Source: a virus. From it: a DNA stretch of 64,000 bases. The DNA lies in IMG/VR virus record IMGVR_UViG_3300035661_000010. The stretch is one strand, 5' to 3'. The notes under the pieces were generated by a model. It did not search any database. It saw nothing but the letters and a program-made list of their open reading frames with translations, and was not told where the DNA came from. Positions 48,200 to 56,618 of the stretch are shown in pieces (the stretch's first letter is position 1; each line of letters begins with the position of its first letter). The position numbers and the translations under genes are program-made.

Positions 48200-48563
48200 C
48201 GCATCGAAGCTTCCTGACGTTTTGCCGAAGAAGGCGTACCCACCGGGCACGATTGTGGGCTTGTCGAAGGGAGACCCGGTACCGTTCGATGGGATCCTCA
48301 TGAACGAGGACAGGGCCAACGACGTCGCGCAGCTTCGAATCAGTTACGACGAGCTCGTCACCGTAGCCGCGACCAACCAGCGACTCTTCGTGGCGACTGC
48401 ACGCATCTCGGACGAGGAGCTGAGGGCTGCGGACGCGAGGGCCAAGTCCCTGGAACCGACGTGGTGGGATCGTCACGCGCTCGCGGTCGGCTTCATTGGT
48501 GGCCTGGTACTGAGCGGAGCGTTCACGGTCGCTGTGCTGGGTGCGACCCAGGGCGTGCGCTAA
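48084..48563 (+). CDS. Lipoprotein with C-terminal TM helix; putative unimolecular spanin
   Basis: Signal peptide with lipobox LTA|C; C-terminal ALAVGFIGGLVLSGAFTVAVLG. Confidence 0.6.
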   Translation: MCSYRLTSFVTCIALTACTTTPQPKPEIPIRTWEERAADASKLPDVLPKKAYPPGTIVGLSKGDPVPFDGILMNEDRANDVAQLRISYDELVTVAATNQRLFVATARISDEELRAADARAKSLEPTWWDRHALAVGFIGGLVLSGAFTVAVLGATQGVR

Positions 48564-48628
48564 ATCTCTGCCCTACGGGACGTATACATTCTGCCGTTTG
48601 CGGATCACTTACTATGCCTCCAACGGCA
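48561..48628. repeat. Phased TGCC repeats upstream of the wHTH gene
   Basis: TGCC at 48569, 48592, 48615 (23-bp period); TGCC-N6-GGCA at 48615-48628. Confidence 0.5.
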
Positions 48629-48694
48629 AACCTTGGGATACACCTACTCTCTCCCCATCACACCCACTGAGGGTACGAAGAGAGGTCCAAGGAC

Positions 48695-49168
48695 ATGGCG
48701 ACGAAGAGGATGACGTTCCGACAGATGCTTGAGCAAGAGGTTCAGAACACGAAGATCAAGGTTGACTCCAGAAAGACGCTGCCGTGGGATGTGGAGCCGT
48801 TCGTTCGCATCCCCATCGCATTCTTGCTGCTGAAAGCGCGCCCCGAATGCATGGTTCTGTACGCCGCACTCTGTTACCGATGGTGGCGTGGACGAGATAC
48901 CAGGTACGCCGGGATCACCGTAGCCTCGCGCCAGGAACTGGCAGAGGAGTCCGGACTCACCTTGAAGCAGGTTCGCAGCGCCGCCGAGGGGCTCGAATCC
49001 AATGGCTGGCTCAAGAGAGTGCCGCGAGGGACGAAGAGGTGCGTCTACGTCGTGAAGAAGATCCCGCCACAGATGATCGCCGAGTCCATCGTGCTGTCGA
49101 AACAGGACAGGGAGCACGCGAAGACCATGTACGTCACGGACGTAGAAGTCTTACTTCGAGGCAAGTAA
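48695..49168 (+). CDS. Winged-helix DNA-binding protein (replication-initiator-like N-terminal domain)
   Basis: VLYAAL...ASRQELAEESGLTLKQVRSAAEGLESNGWLKR is an HTH_36-like pattern. Confidence 0.7.
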   Translation: MATKRMTFRQMLEQEVQNTKIKVDSRKTLPWDVEPFVRIPIAFLLLKARPECMVLYAALCYRWWRGRDTRYAGITVASRQELAEESGLTLKQVRSAAEGLESNGWLKRVPRGTKRCVYVVKKIPPQMIAESIVLSKQDREHAKTMYVTDVEVLLRGK

Positions 49169-49280
49169 ATCTCTGCCCACCATGGCAATACTACTGCCGC
49201 TTCAGACCCTACACTCTGCCCTCTATGGGTATAATTTCGACTTTGCTCCTTATAAGAGAGATCAGAGAGATCAGAGAAGG
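49166..49280. repeat. Phased TGCC repeats, AT-rich stretch and AGAGAGATC tandem downstream of the wHTH gene
   Basis: TAAATCTCTGCCC repeated from 48561; TGCC at 49174, 49195, 49217; TATAATTT and AGAGAGATC x2. Confidence 0.5.
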
Positions 49281-49336
49281 CCGATTCACTACGTTCATCG
49301 GCTCGTTTCTTGTGGTACCTCTCTGTGGCTGATCGG

Positions 49337-50023
49337 ATGAAAGAAAAGCAAACTGGAATTCGAATCGTGGAAACGTCGCTCGTGAGAGTGACGAACTTTG
49401 CTGTGTGGTCGTGGACCATGGATGTCGAAGACGCTGAAGTCCGCGGCCTTGCAGGCCGAGAACCGTTGCCGCCGTTGGCTCCTGACTACGCAGCCGAGAT
49501 TGAGCAACTCGACGCCTTGGGCGAGCGACGAAGTCCCAAGGTCCGGAAGTACAACCCGGCACCCACGCCATGCTCGAAGAAGGCAGGGCTCCCGCACCTC
49601 GCCAGGCTGGAGATTCCGGAGAACGCGTCGAACGACGCGACGGGCGCCCTGTCCAGAAAGGCAGTGTGCCTGTACTGCGGCGAGCAGGTTCCGCCGATGC
49701 GTTCGCAGGGTCGGATCGTGAGAGACTGGCTCGTGGCCTCGGACGACGGTCTCTGTGTGCCGGGGATGATGATGTATCTGGAGCGTCGCGAGGCCGATGG
49801 CCCCCCAAGTCCGCAAGCACTTACGTGGAGCTTCATGGCCAAGAGTCACGTCCTCGTGGTCATGCTTCCGGATGAGTCGAAGTGGGACCTGTTCTCCGAG
49901 GTCGACGAAGGCGAGGGCTGGACCATCACGGGCATGGCTCCGAACATCACCACGACGCCGCTCGTCGACACGGGAAAGTGGAAGGGTCGCATCCTGGACG
50001 GCGAGCTGGTGCAAGTGGTTTGA
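49337..50023 (+). CDS. Hypothetical protein
   Basis: Long ORF with typical codon use; CLYC motif. Confidence 0.5.
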   Translation: MKEKQTGIRIVETSLVRVTNFAVWSWTMDVEDAEVRGLAGREPLPPLAPDYAAEIEQLDALGERRSPKVRKYNPAPTPCSKKAGLPHLARLEIPENASNDATGALSRKAVCLYCGEQVPPMRSQGRIVRDWLVASDDGLCVPGMMMYLERREADGPPSPQALTWSFMAKSHVLVVMLPDESKWDLFSEVDEGEGWTITGMAPNITTTPLVDTGKWKGRILDGELVQVV

Positions 50024-50029
50024 TGCTGA

Positions 50030-50584
50030 GTGTTCCTCATGGTCTACCACTGGAAAGTCTCGACGGGTGGCGTTCACGGCATGGAGAAGTCTCCACACGT
50101 TCACGTCCACTTCCTGAACGGCGTGAGACTGAAGGTCAGAGGTGCCTGGGTAGAGCTTTGCTGCCATGGGTGCGGCGTAGGACAGATCGTTCTCTACGAC
50201 TCGCCGTCGACGCTCATGGACAACGACCAAGTCCTTCCAGTGTCAGCGGTGCCCGAGTTCGTTCGATTCCGAGATGCGTTCGAAGAGATCCATCGGGCCT
50301 GTGGCTCAGACGCAGTGGCGGAGGAGTGCGCCCTGGTACGCGGTATCGTCACGACGATGGACCTTCGGGAGCACGGAGGGCCAGGCGGCCTGTTCGGCGA
50401 GTGCGACTGCGCGTGTCACTTCGCGCCGATCGTGCATGACGACGAATGCTGCAAGCCGTGCAGGTTCTGTCACCAGGACATCGCGCTCTCGTGCTTCGAG
50501 GAGCACTGTCAGGGATGCGAATCGTTGCCGGCCACGCTTCCTGAGCTACCCGTGTTCGAGCCAGACGCAGGAGACGACGACTGA
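50030..50584 (+). CDS. Cys/His-rich hypothetical protein
   Basis: CCHGC, CDCACH, CCKPCRFC, HCQGC; start uncertain. Confidence 0.5.
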   Translation: MFLMVYHWKVSTGGVHGMEKSPHVHVHFLNGVRLKVRGAWVELCCHGCGVGQIVLYDSPSTLMDNDQVLPVSAVPEFVRFRDAFEEIHRACGSDAVAEECALVRGIVTTMDLREHGGPGGLFGECDCACHFAPIVHDDECCKPCRFCHQDIALSCFEEHCQGCESLPATLPELPVFEPDAGDDD

Positions 50585-50799
50585 TGAAAGACTCGGAGAG
50601 GCAGTGTTTCCTGATCTCGTACTCTGGGGATGTCGTTGAGCGAGTGGTAGATGCGAGGCGCGTCCCAAAGATGATTCGTCACGAGAAGGTGAACTACGAC
50701 CTGATCAGCGACGGCGGCAGCTACGAGCTGCTCTACGTCGAGAGGCAGAACCCAAGCCTTCGGTTGCCGGCTGGTCGCCCACCGGCCGCCACGGGCTGA
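50584..50799 (+). CDS. Small hypothetical protein
   Basis: TGATG overlap. Confidence 0.4.
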   Translation: MKDSERQCFLISYSGDVVERVVDARRVPKMIRHEKVNYDLISDGGSYELLYVERQNPSLRLPAGRPPAATG

Positions 50800-51170
50800 T
50801 TCGGCACGTCGGGGGAGACGTCACCACGGCCATTCCACGGGCTCACGTCATCGCTCCCACGTTCACCACACGGGGCCACGCTAGACGTCACCACGGCCAC
50901 CCACGGCTCCCACGCCACCACCCATGGGGAAAGCCCGCCAACCGACCTGTCTACGGGCTGTCCACGGCTGGTCTTGGATGCATCCTTGGCACCCACGTCA
51001 CCACGGCCTTCCATGTCATCCACGTCACAAGGCCTGGTCCACGAAGCCCAAAACCGATTACTTTCCACACACTTACGTGTGGCCTAAAACCGACCTTGTC
51101 GGTCCTGGTTAGTCCACGGTCCTATGCCCTTTTCTTAAAACCGATATCTTTTCAACCACTTACGTTGCCA
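50789..51170. repeat. Non-coding CACG-rich repeat region at the late/early boundary
   Basis: At least 15 CACG on +; ACGTCACCACGGCC at 50818, 50885, 50995; AAAACCGA at 51050, 51086, 51137; CACTTACGT at 51070, 51157. Confidence 0.75.
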
Positions 51171-51177
51171 CATTTCT

Positions 51178-51206
51178 TTGGACTCATGACACACGGTTGG
51201 TAGATT
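51178..51206 (+). promoter_or_regulatory. Sigma70-type promoter for the early gene array
   Basis: TTGGAC-17 bp-TAGATT with extended TG (TGGTAGATT). Confidence 0.55.
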
Positions 51207-51308
51207 CATTACTCCTCTTTCCTTCTCCAAAAAAAACGTCCCCCTTGTTTCCACACGGGACGAAATGAGACGGAAAAGAACGAATCGACAGCGAAAAGGA
51301 CGTACGAC

Positions 51309-51935
51309 ATGAGCAAGGTTGACGACATGGAGTGGCTCAAAGGAACGATGTGCAACGCCTCGTTCAAGAAGGTCAAGGATGCACTACTGGCAGGGTCCAT
51401 CGAATCGTTTCGACAAGCCGTGGCTGATGGAATCGGAATCGACAAGGACAAGGCGCGCGTCGCCAAGGCAAGGGCAAGGCTCAAGCGTCGACTCAGGGGT
51501 GAGGCCCTTGAGGAAGCCAAGGATGAACTGAAGTGTGCCATCGACGACATGGTCGAGCATGAGAAGCAGTTCCGACAAGCGGTCGCCTCCTTCCTCCCTG
51601 ACGATGAGGCTGAGACGGATGACTCGATCTACGAGTCACAACCACACGAAGTGGTTCGCAAGAAGGAGTTCGAGAAGCAGTTGGGTCGCGACATCGAATG
51701 GAAGGAGTACTGGAAGCTCCTGAACGAGCACTACAAGGAGAAGCTCTCGGTCGAGCAAGAGCGGTACGAGGAATCGGTCGTGGAGTACGTCCACCGATTC
51801 GATTGCTCCTCCGACCTCGGGGGCAAGTACGACAGCGACAAGCATGGGGAGCCGCTTATCACCGACTCGACCTTCATCGACCCCAAGAAGGCGGCGATGC
51901 GGCTACTGGCAGCCGACAAGGCAGCCAAGGGGTGA
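51309..51935 (+). CDS. Hypothetical protein
   Basis: Preceded by the AAAGGACGT motif. Confidence 0.6.
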   Translation: MSKVDDMEWLKGTMCNASFKKVKDALLAGSIESFRQAVADGIGIDKDKARVAKARARLKRRLRGEALEEAKDELKCAIDDMVEHEKQFRQAVASFLPDDEAETDDSIYESQPHEVVRKKEFEKQLGRDIEWKEYWKLLNEHYKEKLSVEQERYEESVVEYVHRFDCSSDLGGKYDSDKHGEPLITDSTFIDPKKAAMRLLAADKAAKG

Positions 51936-51991
51936 ACCCGGTACCCACCGGATGCACCGGCACGACAACGACATCTGAAAGGACGTGAGAC

Positions 51992-52429
51992 ATGAGCAAG
52001 ATTGATTCGAAGATGGTGGACATGCGCGCTCTCCTTGCAACCTGCATGAAGACGGAGGATCCGACCGATAGGCTCGACGGCCGCCTCGGACCCACGACGA
52101 CGGTTCGGTACTATCGGGAGGGACGCCTCATCGCCACGGCCAAGCGCCACCTGGTTCCGCCTGGCAGCGAGGCCGAGGAGATGTGCAGGGACGTCGACGG
52201 CTTCGTCGAGGCCGGATGCACGCTCAGGTTCAACGGTGACGTTGCGACCAAGTACGAGGAGGAGGACGCCTGGTACCTGATGAGCGAGTTCGAGTGGCCC
52301 AAAGGTCACTGCGCCGAGTGCGGCACGAAGGATGGCGGGTCGAACCACAGGACCTGCATTGCGTGCAATGCCTACGCGAACGCTGAAGCCGCCGCCGCCG
52401 AGAACAAGGCTTGGAGTCGGTACGCGTGA
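51992..52429 (+). CDS. Hypothetical protein with C-terminal zinc finger
   Basis: GAAAGGACGT motif; CAEC...CIAC. Confidence 0.6.
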   Translation: MSKIDSKMVDMRALLATCMKTEDPTDRLDGRLGPTTTVRYYREGRLIATAKRHLVPPGSEAEEMCRDVDGFVEAGCTLRFNGDVATKYEEEDAWYLMSEFEWPKGHCAECGTKDGGSNHRTCIACNAYANAEAAAAENKAWSRYA

Positions 52430-52614
52430 AGACGAAGCTCAGGGCCTGCAACTGCGGTCACGACTTCGACTTCTGGTTGCAGCCGTTCCTCGGACTCATG
52501 AACAGCGGCACTGACGGCATCAGGCTCGACGTTCGCAACTGCCCGAACTGCGGGACGACCGTCTCGGAGCCGGTAAAGGATTCGCAGATCGTAAAGCAAG
52601 ACTCAGCTCGGTGA
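52426..52614 (+). CDS. Small zinc-ribbon protein
   Basis: CNCG...RNCPNCGTT; GTGA overlap. Confidence 0.5.
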   Translation: MKTKLRACNCGHDFDFWLQPFLGLMNSGTDGIRLDVRNCPNCGTTVSEPVKDSQIVKQDSAR

Positions 52615-52621
52615 TCGCGGT

Positions 52622-52686
52622 CTGCCTCGATGTACACGCATCGGGGCAGGACGCGGCAACTAAGCCGCGATGTGGAACGGTTCCAC
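52622..52686 (+). other. Three consecutive RNA hairpins in a 5' leader
   Basis: CTGCCTCGATG/CATCGGGGCAG, CGCGGC/GCCGCG, GTGGAA/TTCCAC. Confidence 0.55.
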
Positions 52687-52709
52687 TCGAACAACGGAGA
52701 TTGAACATC

Positions 52710-53180
52710 ATGAACACGACCAGCAGCAAGTCCCAGTCCGCCTCGACCACCGCCAAGAAGCAGCCGACTGCTCCGCCGAAGTCCGACAAGAACCTCGCGG
52801 CGGCAGCGAAGTCCGACAATGGTGTCGCCGACAAGGCGAGTGACTCGTCCAAGGATCTGGCAGCGGCGGCGAAGAAGAAGGAGTCGGCGCCGAAGGGCTT
52901 CAAGGTCGCCGAGAACCCGGACCTCGTTTTGTCCCCGAAGCAGGAGAAGATCCGGCTGGCGATGGAGAAGGCTCTCTACGTCTTCCGGAAGGCGAGCAAG
53001 GAGGGCATCGCGAGGAAGAAGGCGTTCATCGAGGCGCTGGGCACCGTCGCGGCCGACAAGGAGATCGACGCGATGATCAAGGAGGCGGTCCACTTCAACA
53101 AGGACGTGGACCAGCCGGGCGCCGACGTCTGGACGGACGCGGAGGACATCCGCGCCTCGTTCATCAAGGCGTACTGCTGA
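52710..53180 (+). CDS. Lys/Ala-rich (histone-like tail) hypothetical protein, probably highly expressed
   Basis: ATG 52710 after GGAGA; AAAAKK repeats; extreme GC3 bias. Confidence 0.6.
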   Translation: MNTTSSKSQSASTTAKKQPTAPPKSDKNLAAAAKSDNGVADKASDSSKDLAAAAKKKESAPKGFKVAENPDLVLSPKQEKIRLAMEKALYVFRKASKEGIARKKAFIEALGTVAADKEIDAMIKEAVHFNKDVDQPGADVWTDAEDIRASFIKAYC

Positions 53181-53211
53181 GCGACGCTGACCGCGACGTA
53201 GCGTAAGGAGA

Positions 53212-53249
53212 AGGCCCTGGGTCGGATTGAACATCCGGTCTCAGGGCCT
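53212..53249 (+). other. Long stem-loop after 52710..53180 (terminator or processing site)
   Basis: AGGCCCTGGGTCGGAT-TGAAC-ATCCGGTCTCAGGGCCT. Confidence 0.5.
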
Positions 53250-53314
53250 CACGCTTTGATTGACCATGGATCTGGATGCATCCACCGGCATGAAGAAAGG
53301 TCACGGATAAGAAG

Positions 53315-53719
53315 ATGAAGAAGTACCTGGTAGCGATCATGATGCTCGTTTCTGCAACCGCCCACGCGAGCGACGTTCCGCAAGCGCTTGCGCCGAAGTT
53401 CGAGTGGAAAACCTCTATGGAGGTGGTCGCCACCGGGGCGAAGGTCGAGCAGGTCGTAGATGACAACGGTAGAACGCTCGGTGGCCGCATGTACACGAAT
53501 GCGCCCGAGTGGTACTGCCGATACTCGCCAGTCAGGGTCGGTGGAGACTCGGAGACGGTCTCTGTCTCCTGTTACCTGGTGCTTGCTGGTCGGCCGTCGA
53601 TGTACGGAATGACGACGCGGGCCACGTGCTCGAAGGATGCGCCGCGTGCGCAGGCCGAGCTGATCGTCGAGAGCTCGATGGCTCCGCAGACGTTGCGCAT
53701 GACGTGTTGGAAGAAGTGA
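53315..53719 (+). CDS. Secreted/periplasmic protein with signal peptide
   Basis: MKKYLVAIMMLVSATAHA| signal; four Cys. Confidence 0.6.
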   Translation: MKKYLVAIMMLVSATAHASDVPQALAPKFEWKTSMEVVATGAKVEQVVDDNGRTLGGRMYTNAPEWYCRYSPVRVGGDSETVSVSCYLVLAGRPSMYGMTTRATCSKDAPRAQAELIVESSMAPQTLRMTCWKK

Positions 53720-53745
53720 CTCGAACAACTGAAAGGACGTGGACG

Positions 53746-54069
53746 ATGAAGACGAAGACGTTTCAAGAGATTCTGCAACAGGCTGGGTACAAGGTTCGCG
53801 AGTACTCGGGTCGCACCATGGGAAGAGAGACGTGTCTCTCGGTCGCCGGAGACAACGTCAGCCAAGCGACGCTGCTCGGTGATCTCATCGACTCGGTCGA
53901 ACATCTGTCGCGCAACGACTGGTGCGATCACGTCGCTGTCATCGTTGAAGCACTACGCGAAACGAAGGAGGACGCAATGGGCAAAGGCACAGTGACCTAC
54001 TGGCCCAGGATCAAGTTCGATAAGAAGATGTATGTCGACTCCATCAACGACTCGTTTTGCAAAGGCTGA
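53746..54069 (+). CDS. Conserved phage hypothetical protein (YSGR.M...C motif)
   Basis: GAAAGGACGTGGACG-ATG; REYSGRTMGRETCL, D.MG...VTYWP. Confidence 0.6.
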   Translation: MKTKTFQEILQQAGYKVREYSGRTMGRETCLSVAGDNVSQATLLGDLIDSVEHLSRNDWCDHVAVIVEALRETKEDAMGKGTVTYWPRIKFDKKMYVDSINDSFCKG

Positions 54070-54074
54070 ACATC

Positions 54075-54398
54075 ATGAGCGAACATCATGAGTGCGAGTT
54101 CGAAGCGATGGTCGACGGTCAGGACGTCTACGTCTTTGGGTTCATGGAGCGATACCAGACGTTGGCGCCATGGCACGTGCTGGCCAACGCAGACATGGAA
54201 GACCATCTGATCACGCACGAGTCGTACTGGTTCGACGTGTGTGATCCGAACGAAGTCGATGACGCTTACGGGGACTTCCCGAGGATGTCGATTCCGATTG
54301 CGTGGGGCAAGGTGCTGGTCGAGCGAATCAAGGACAAGTTCTGCGCTCGATTCGAAGCCATGGCAGAGGAAGTAGCCGAGAGGAGGCTGTCACGATGA
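54075..54398 (+). CDS. Acidic hypothetical protein
   Basis: ORF packing. Confidence 0.5.
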   Translation: MSEHHECEFEAMVDGQDVYVFGFMERYQTLAPWHVLANADMEDHLITHESYWFDVCDPNEVDDAYGDFPRMSIPIAWGKVLVERIKDKFCARFEAMAEEVAERRLSR

Positions 54399-54757
54399 AG
54401 CCGAAGAAGTACACGATCGACATGGAGATCGAGCGAGATGGTGAGACCTTCGAGGTCCAGGTCACGGGGGAATGCACCCTGGGTACGCCAGAACGAATTC
54501 CGCCAGCCAATCGTCCAGAGGACTACGACCCCGGCGCCGATCCCGAGTTCGAGGTCACTCACGTGAAGCGTGTCATGGCTGGCACGAGCATTCGACTCGA
54601 TCTGGAAGGATGTCTGACGGAGAAAGAAGAGAAGCTCGCAGGCGACATGCTGCTTCAGAGAGCGGCCGACGAGTTTGCCGACGACGATTCAGGTCCAGAC
54701 ATGGACGACCGAGACGACCGCGACGATGCTTGGGACGCGGAAGACTGCGATCTCTGA
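54395..54757 (+). CDS. Acidic hypothetical protein
   Basis: SD GGAGG; PPA..PED..P...PEFE motif; Asp-rich tail. Confidence 0.55.
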   Translation: MKPKKYTIDMEIERDGETFEVQVTGECTLGTPERIPPANRPEDYDPGADPEFEVTHVKRVMAGTSIRLDLEGCLTEKEEKLAGDMLLQRAADEFADDDSGPDMDDRDDRDDAWDAEDCDL

Positions 54758-54768
54758 AAGGAGAAGGC

Positions 54769-55083
54769 ATGAGAGGCACGAAGGGCGACTACTACGACTA
54801 TTCGTTCATGACGAAGGAGGCCGTAGGTGGATGGGTGGCGGATTGGGCCAGGCAGATCCGCGACAAGCGCAACGAGGGAGATACCAGGTACATCGAGCTG
54901 GTGGATGCGTACAACGCGCTCGTCGAGCTCGACAACCTCAAGATCGTTCCGGTCACCCCAGAAGCGATGGACACAGTGCTGAAGTTGGTGAACACGAAGA
55001 TCGAAGCCGTCTACGACGAGCTGGAGTCATCGGTCCACTGGGGTCAGCGACCGCACAGACACATTGGCAAGATGGTTTGGTAA
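54769..55083 (+). CDS. Hypothetical protein
   Basis: SD GAAAGGAG. Confidence 0.55.
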   Translation: MRGTKGDYYDYSFMTKEAVGGWVADWARQIRDKRNEGDTRYIELVDAYNALVELDNLKIVPVTPEAMDTVLKLVNTKIEAVYDELESSVHWGQRPHRHIGKMVW

Positions 55084-55166
55084 CGAAAGGACGTAGATCA
55101 TGACGAAGAGCAAGAAGGCAACGAAGAGCAAGTCGAAGCAGTGTTCATCATGGACAGGGCTGGCGT

Positions 55167-55559
55167 GTGATGTTTGTCGCATCGAATCGAAGGTGGTGCA
55201 CAAGAGACGGCGAGCAAAGGGCAAGCGGCAGCTTCCTGATGCTGATGAGACCCAGCGATGATCGTAAGGCCAAGATTCGAGGCATCGTGCGTCACGTGAA
55301 GATGCACCAGATCGGTCACTTCATGATGGGCACGATGATCGTCGCTGGTCACAAGATCACGCTCAGCGGAACGTACGGATCGGACGGACTCGCGTGTGAC
55401 GTGCCGCATGAGGTCTATGAGCTCGGCGTGGATCTGCCTGACGAGCTGTACGAGGCTTGGAACAAAGGGGAAGGTTGGAACGAAGCTGGGAAGGAAGGTC
55501 TGGCCATGTTCGATTGGGGCAAGATCAAGGTCATGAAGCAGCGGAAAGGACGCAAGTGA
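55167..55559 (+). CDS. Hypothetical protein, possibly frameshifted from ATG 55100
   Basis: The motif-led ATG 55100 is in a different frame from the main ORF. Confidence 0.45.
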   Translation: MMFVASNRRWCTRDGEQRASGSFLMLMRPSDDRKAKIRGIVRHVKMHQIGHFMMGTMIVAGHKITLSGTYGSDGLACDVPHEVYELGVDLPDELYEAWNKGEGWNEAGKEGLAMFDWGKIKVMKQRKGRK

Positions 55560-55783
55560 TGGCCGAAGTCATTGTCGTTCGAATGAGAGAAGGAAGCGCT
55601 GAAGCGTACATGGAGAAAGCCAGGCGAGTCATCGCTCTCGGCAACGAGACGATGCTCGCTCTTCTCTTTGGAAAGAACCCGATCTCAGACGCCGAGCTTC
55701 GGGCGCTGATCAGGAAGCGTCCAGAAGTGTACGGACGATTCTCAGGATACGTAGGGAAGCAACGGAAAGGACGTGGACGATGA
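55559..55783 (+). CDS. Small hypothetical protein
   Basis: GAAAGGACG motif, TGATG overlap. Confidence 0.55.
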   Translation: MAEVIVVRMREGSAEAYMEKARRVIALGNETMLALLFGKNPISDAELRALIRKRPEVYGRFSGYVGKQRKGRGR

Positions 55784-56319
55784 GTACATGGAAAGACGTG
55801 GAGTGTGGCGAGTGTGAGGGTACTGGGCACGTCGCAGGCGACGAGGAGTGCGCCAAGTGCAGCGGTCGTGGGTTCGTCTTCCCGTGGGGTCTGACATGCG
55901 GCGTGAGGAAGACGGTTGCCTTGGGCGCTCGTGCCATCTTCCAGGGCTTCGACCAGATCGACATCGTCTGGAATCGCCAGGCCCTGATCGGAGGCACCGA
56001 GGAGCAGCGGAACATCCTCGCCAACTGGCTCGTGGATTGGGGCATCCCACTGCTCAAGAAGCTGTGCAAGGAGGAGAGCCTCCTGACCAGCGACCATCGG
56101 CTCGTCAGCACCCAAGTCCACGACTGGTGCATCATGGCGAACCCGCGCAAGTCCCTCGGCTACCTGTACATCGGCGTCTGCCCGGTTGACGGGGTCGATA
56201 TGCCGAAAGCGGTTCCGCCACCGCCGCGGGGCAAGGTCGACAACGCGCGCCGATTGATCGACCGAGCAGACCGGGCTGGTGAGCGTACGGGGCTTCGCAA
56301 GCTCCGAGGGAGGCTGTGA
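55780..56319 (+). CDS. Hypothetical protein with DnaJ-type zinc finger
   Basis: CGECEGTG...CAKCSGRG. Confidence 0.6.
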   Translation: MSTWKDVECGECEGTGHVAGDEECAKCSGRGFVFPWGLTCGVRKTVALGARAIFQGFDQIDIVWNRQALIGGTEEQRNILANWLVDWGIPLLKKLCKEESLLTSDHRLVSTQVHDWCIMANPRKSLGYLYIGVCPVDGVDMPKAVPPPPRGKVDNARRLIDRADRAGERTGLRKLRGRL

Positions 56320-56618
56320 TGCATCGTACGAAGAAGATCTGGCTCATCGACAAAGAGCCGCAGCCGGAGGGTGACAAGGTCTCCTGTTTCGACAACAGCG
56401 ACAAGGTGCCCAAGGGCTGGTTCAAGGAAGCTCCGGCCTATGCCGCCGAGCTGTTTGCGCTCGAGCATCACGGTTCCGCTGAATCGTCGAAAGAGTACAA
56501 GATCCGAGTGATCGACGAAGCGGACCAGATCTACGACTTCGTCGTTCGGTGTCGTCGCGAAACCACGGCGAGCGTCTACGACAAGAAAGGCAAGTTCGTC
56601 AGTGGAGGCACAGATTAA
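56319..56618 (+). CDS. Hypothetical protein
   Basis: SD GGAGG. Confidence 0.5.
   Translation: MHRTKKIWLIDKEPQPEGDKVSCFDNSDKVPKGWFKEAPAYAAELFALEHHGSAESSKEYKIRVIDEADQIYDFVVRCRRETTASVYDKKGKFVSGGTD

Noticed and set aside
48784-49332. Alternative-frame ORF ending IREIREIRE as a frameshifted extension of the wHTH gene
   Set aside because: No slippery site was seen, and the peptide is explained by the AGAGAGATC DNA repeat
50789-51170. Possible CRISPR or mini-array
   Set aside because: The repeats are short and irregularly spaced, with no constant repeat/spacer lengths and no cas genes
52615-53310. tRNA or known riboswitch in the hairpin-rich gaps
   Set aside because: No cloverleaf with T-loop/CCA and no recognisable aptamer consensus was found by eye; an Infernal search is needed to exclude this fully
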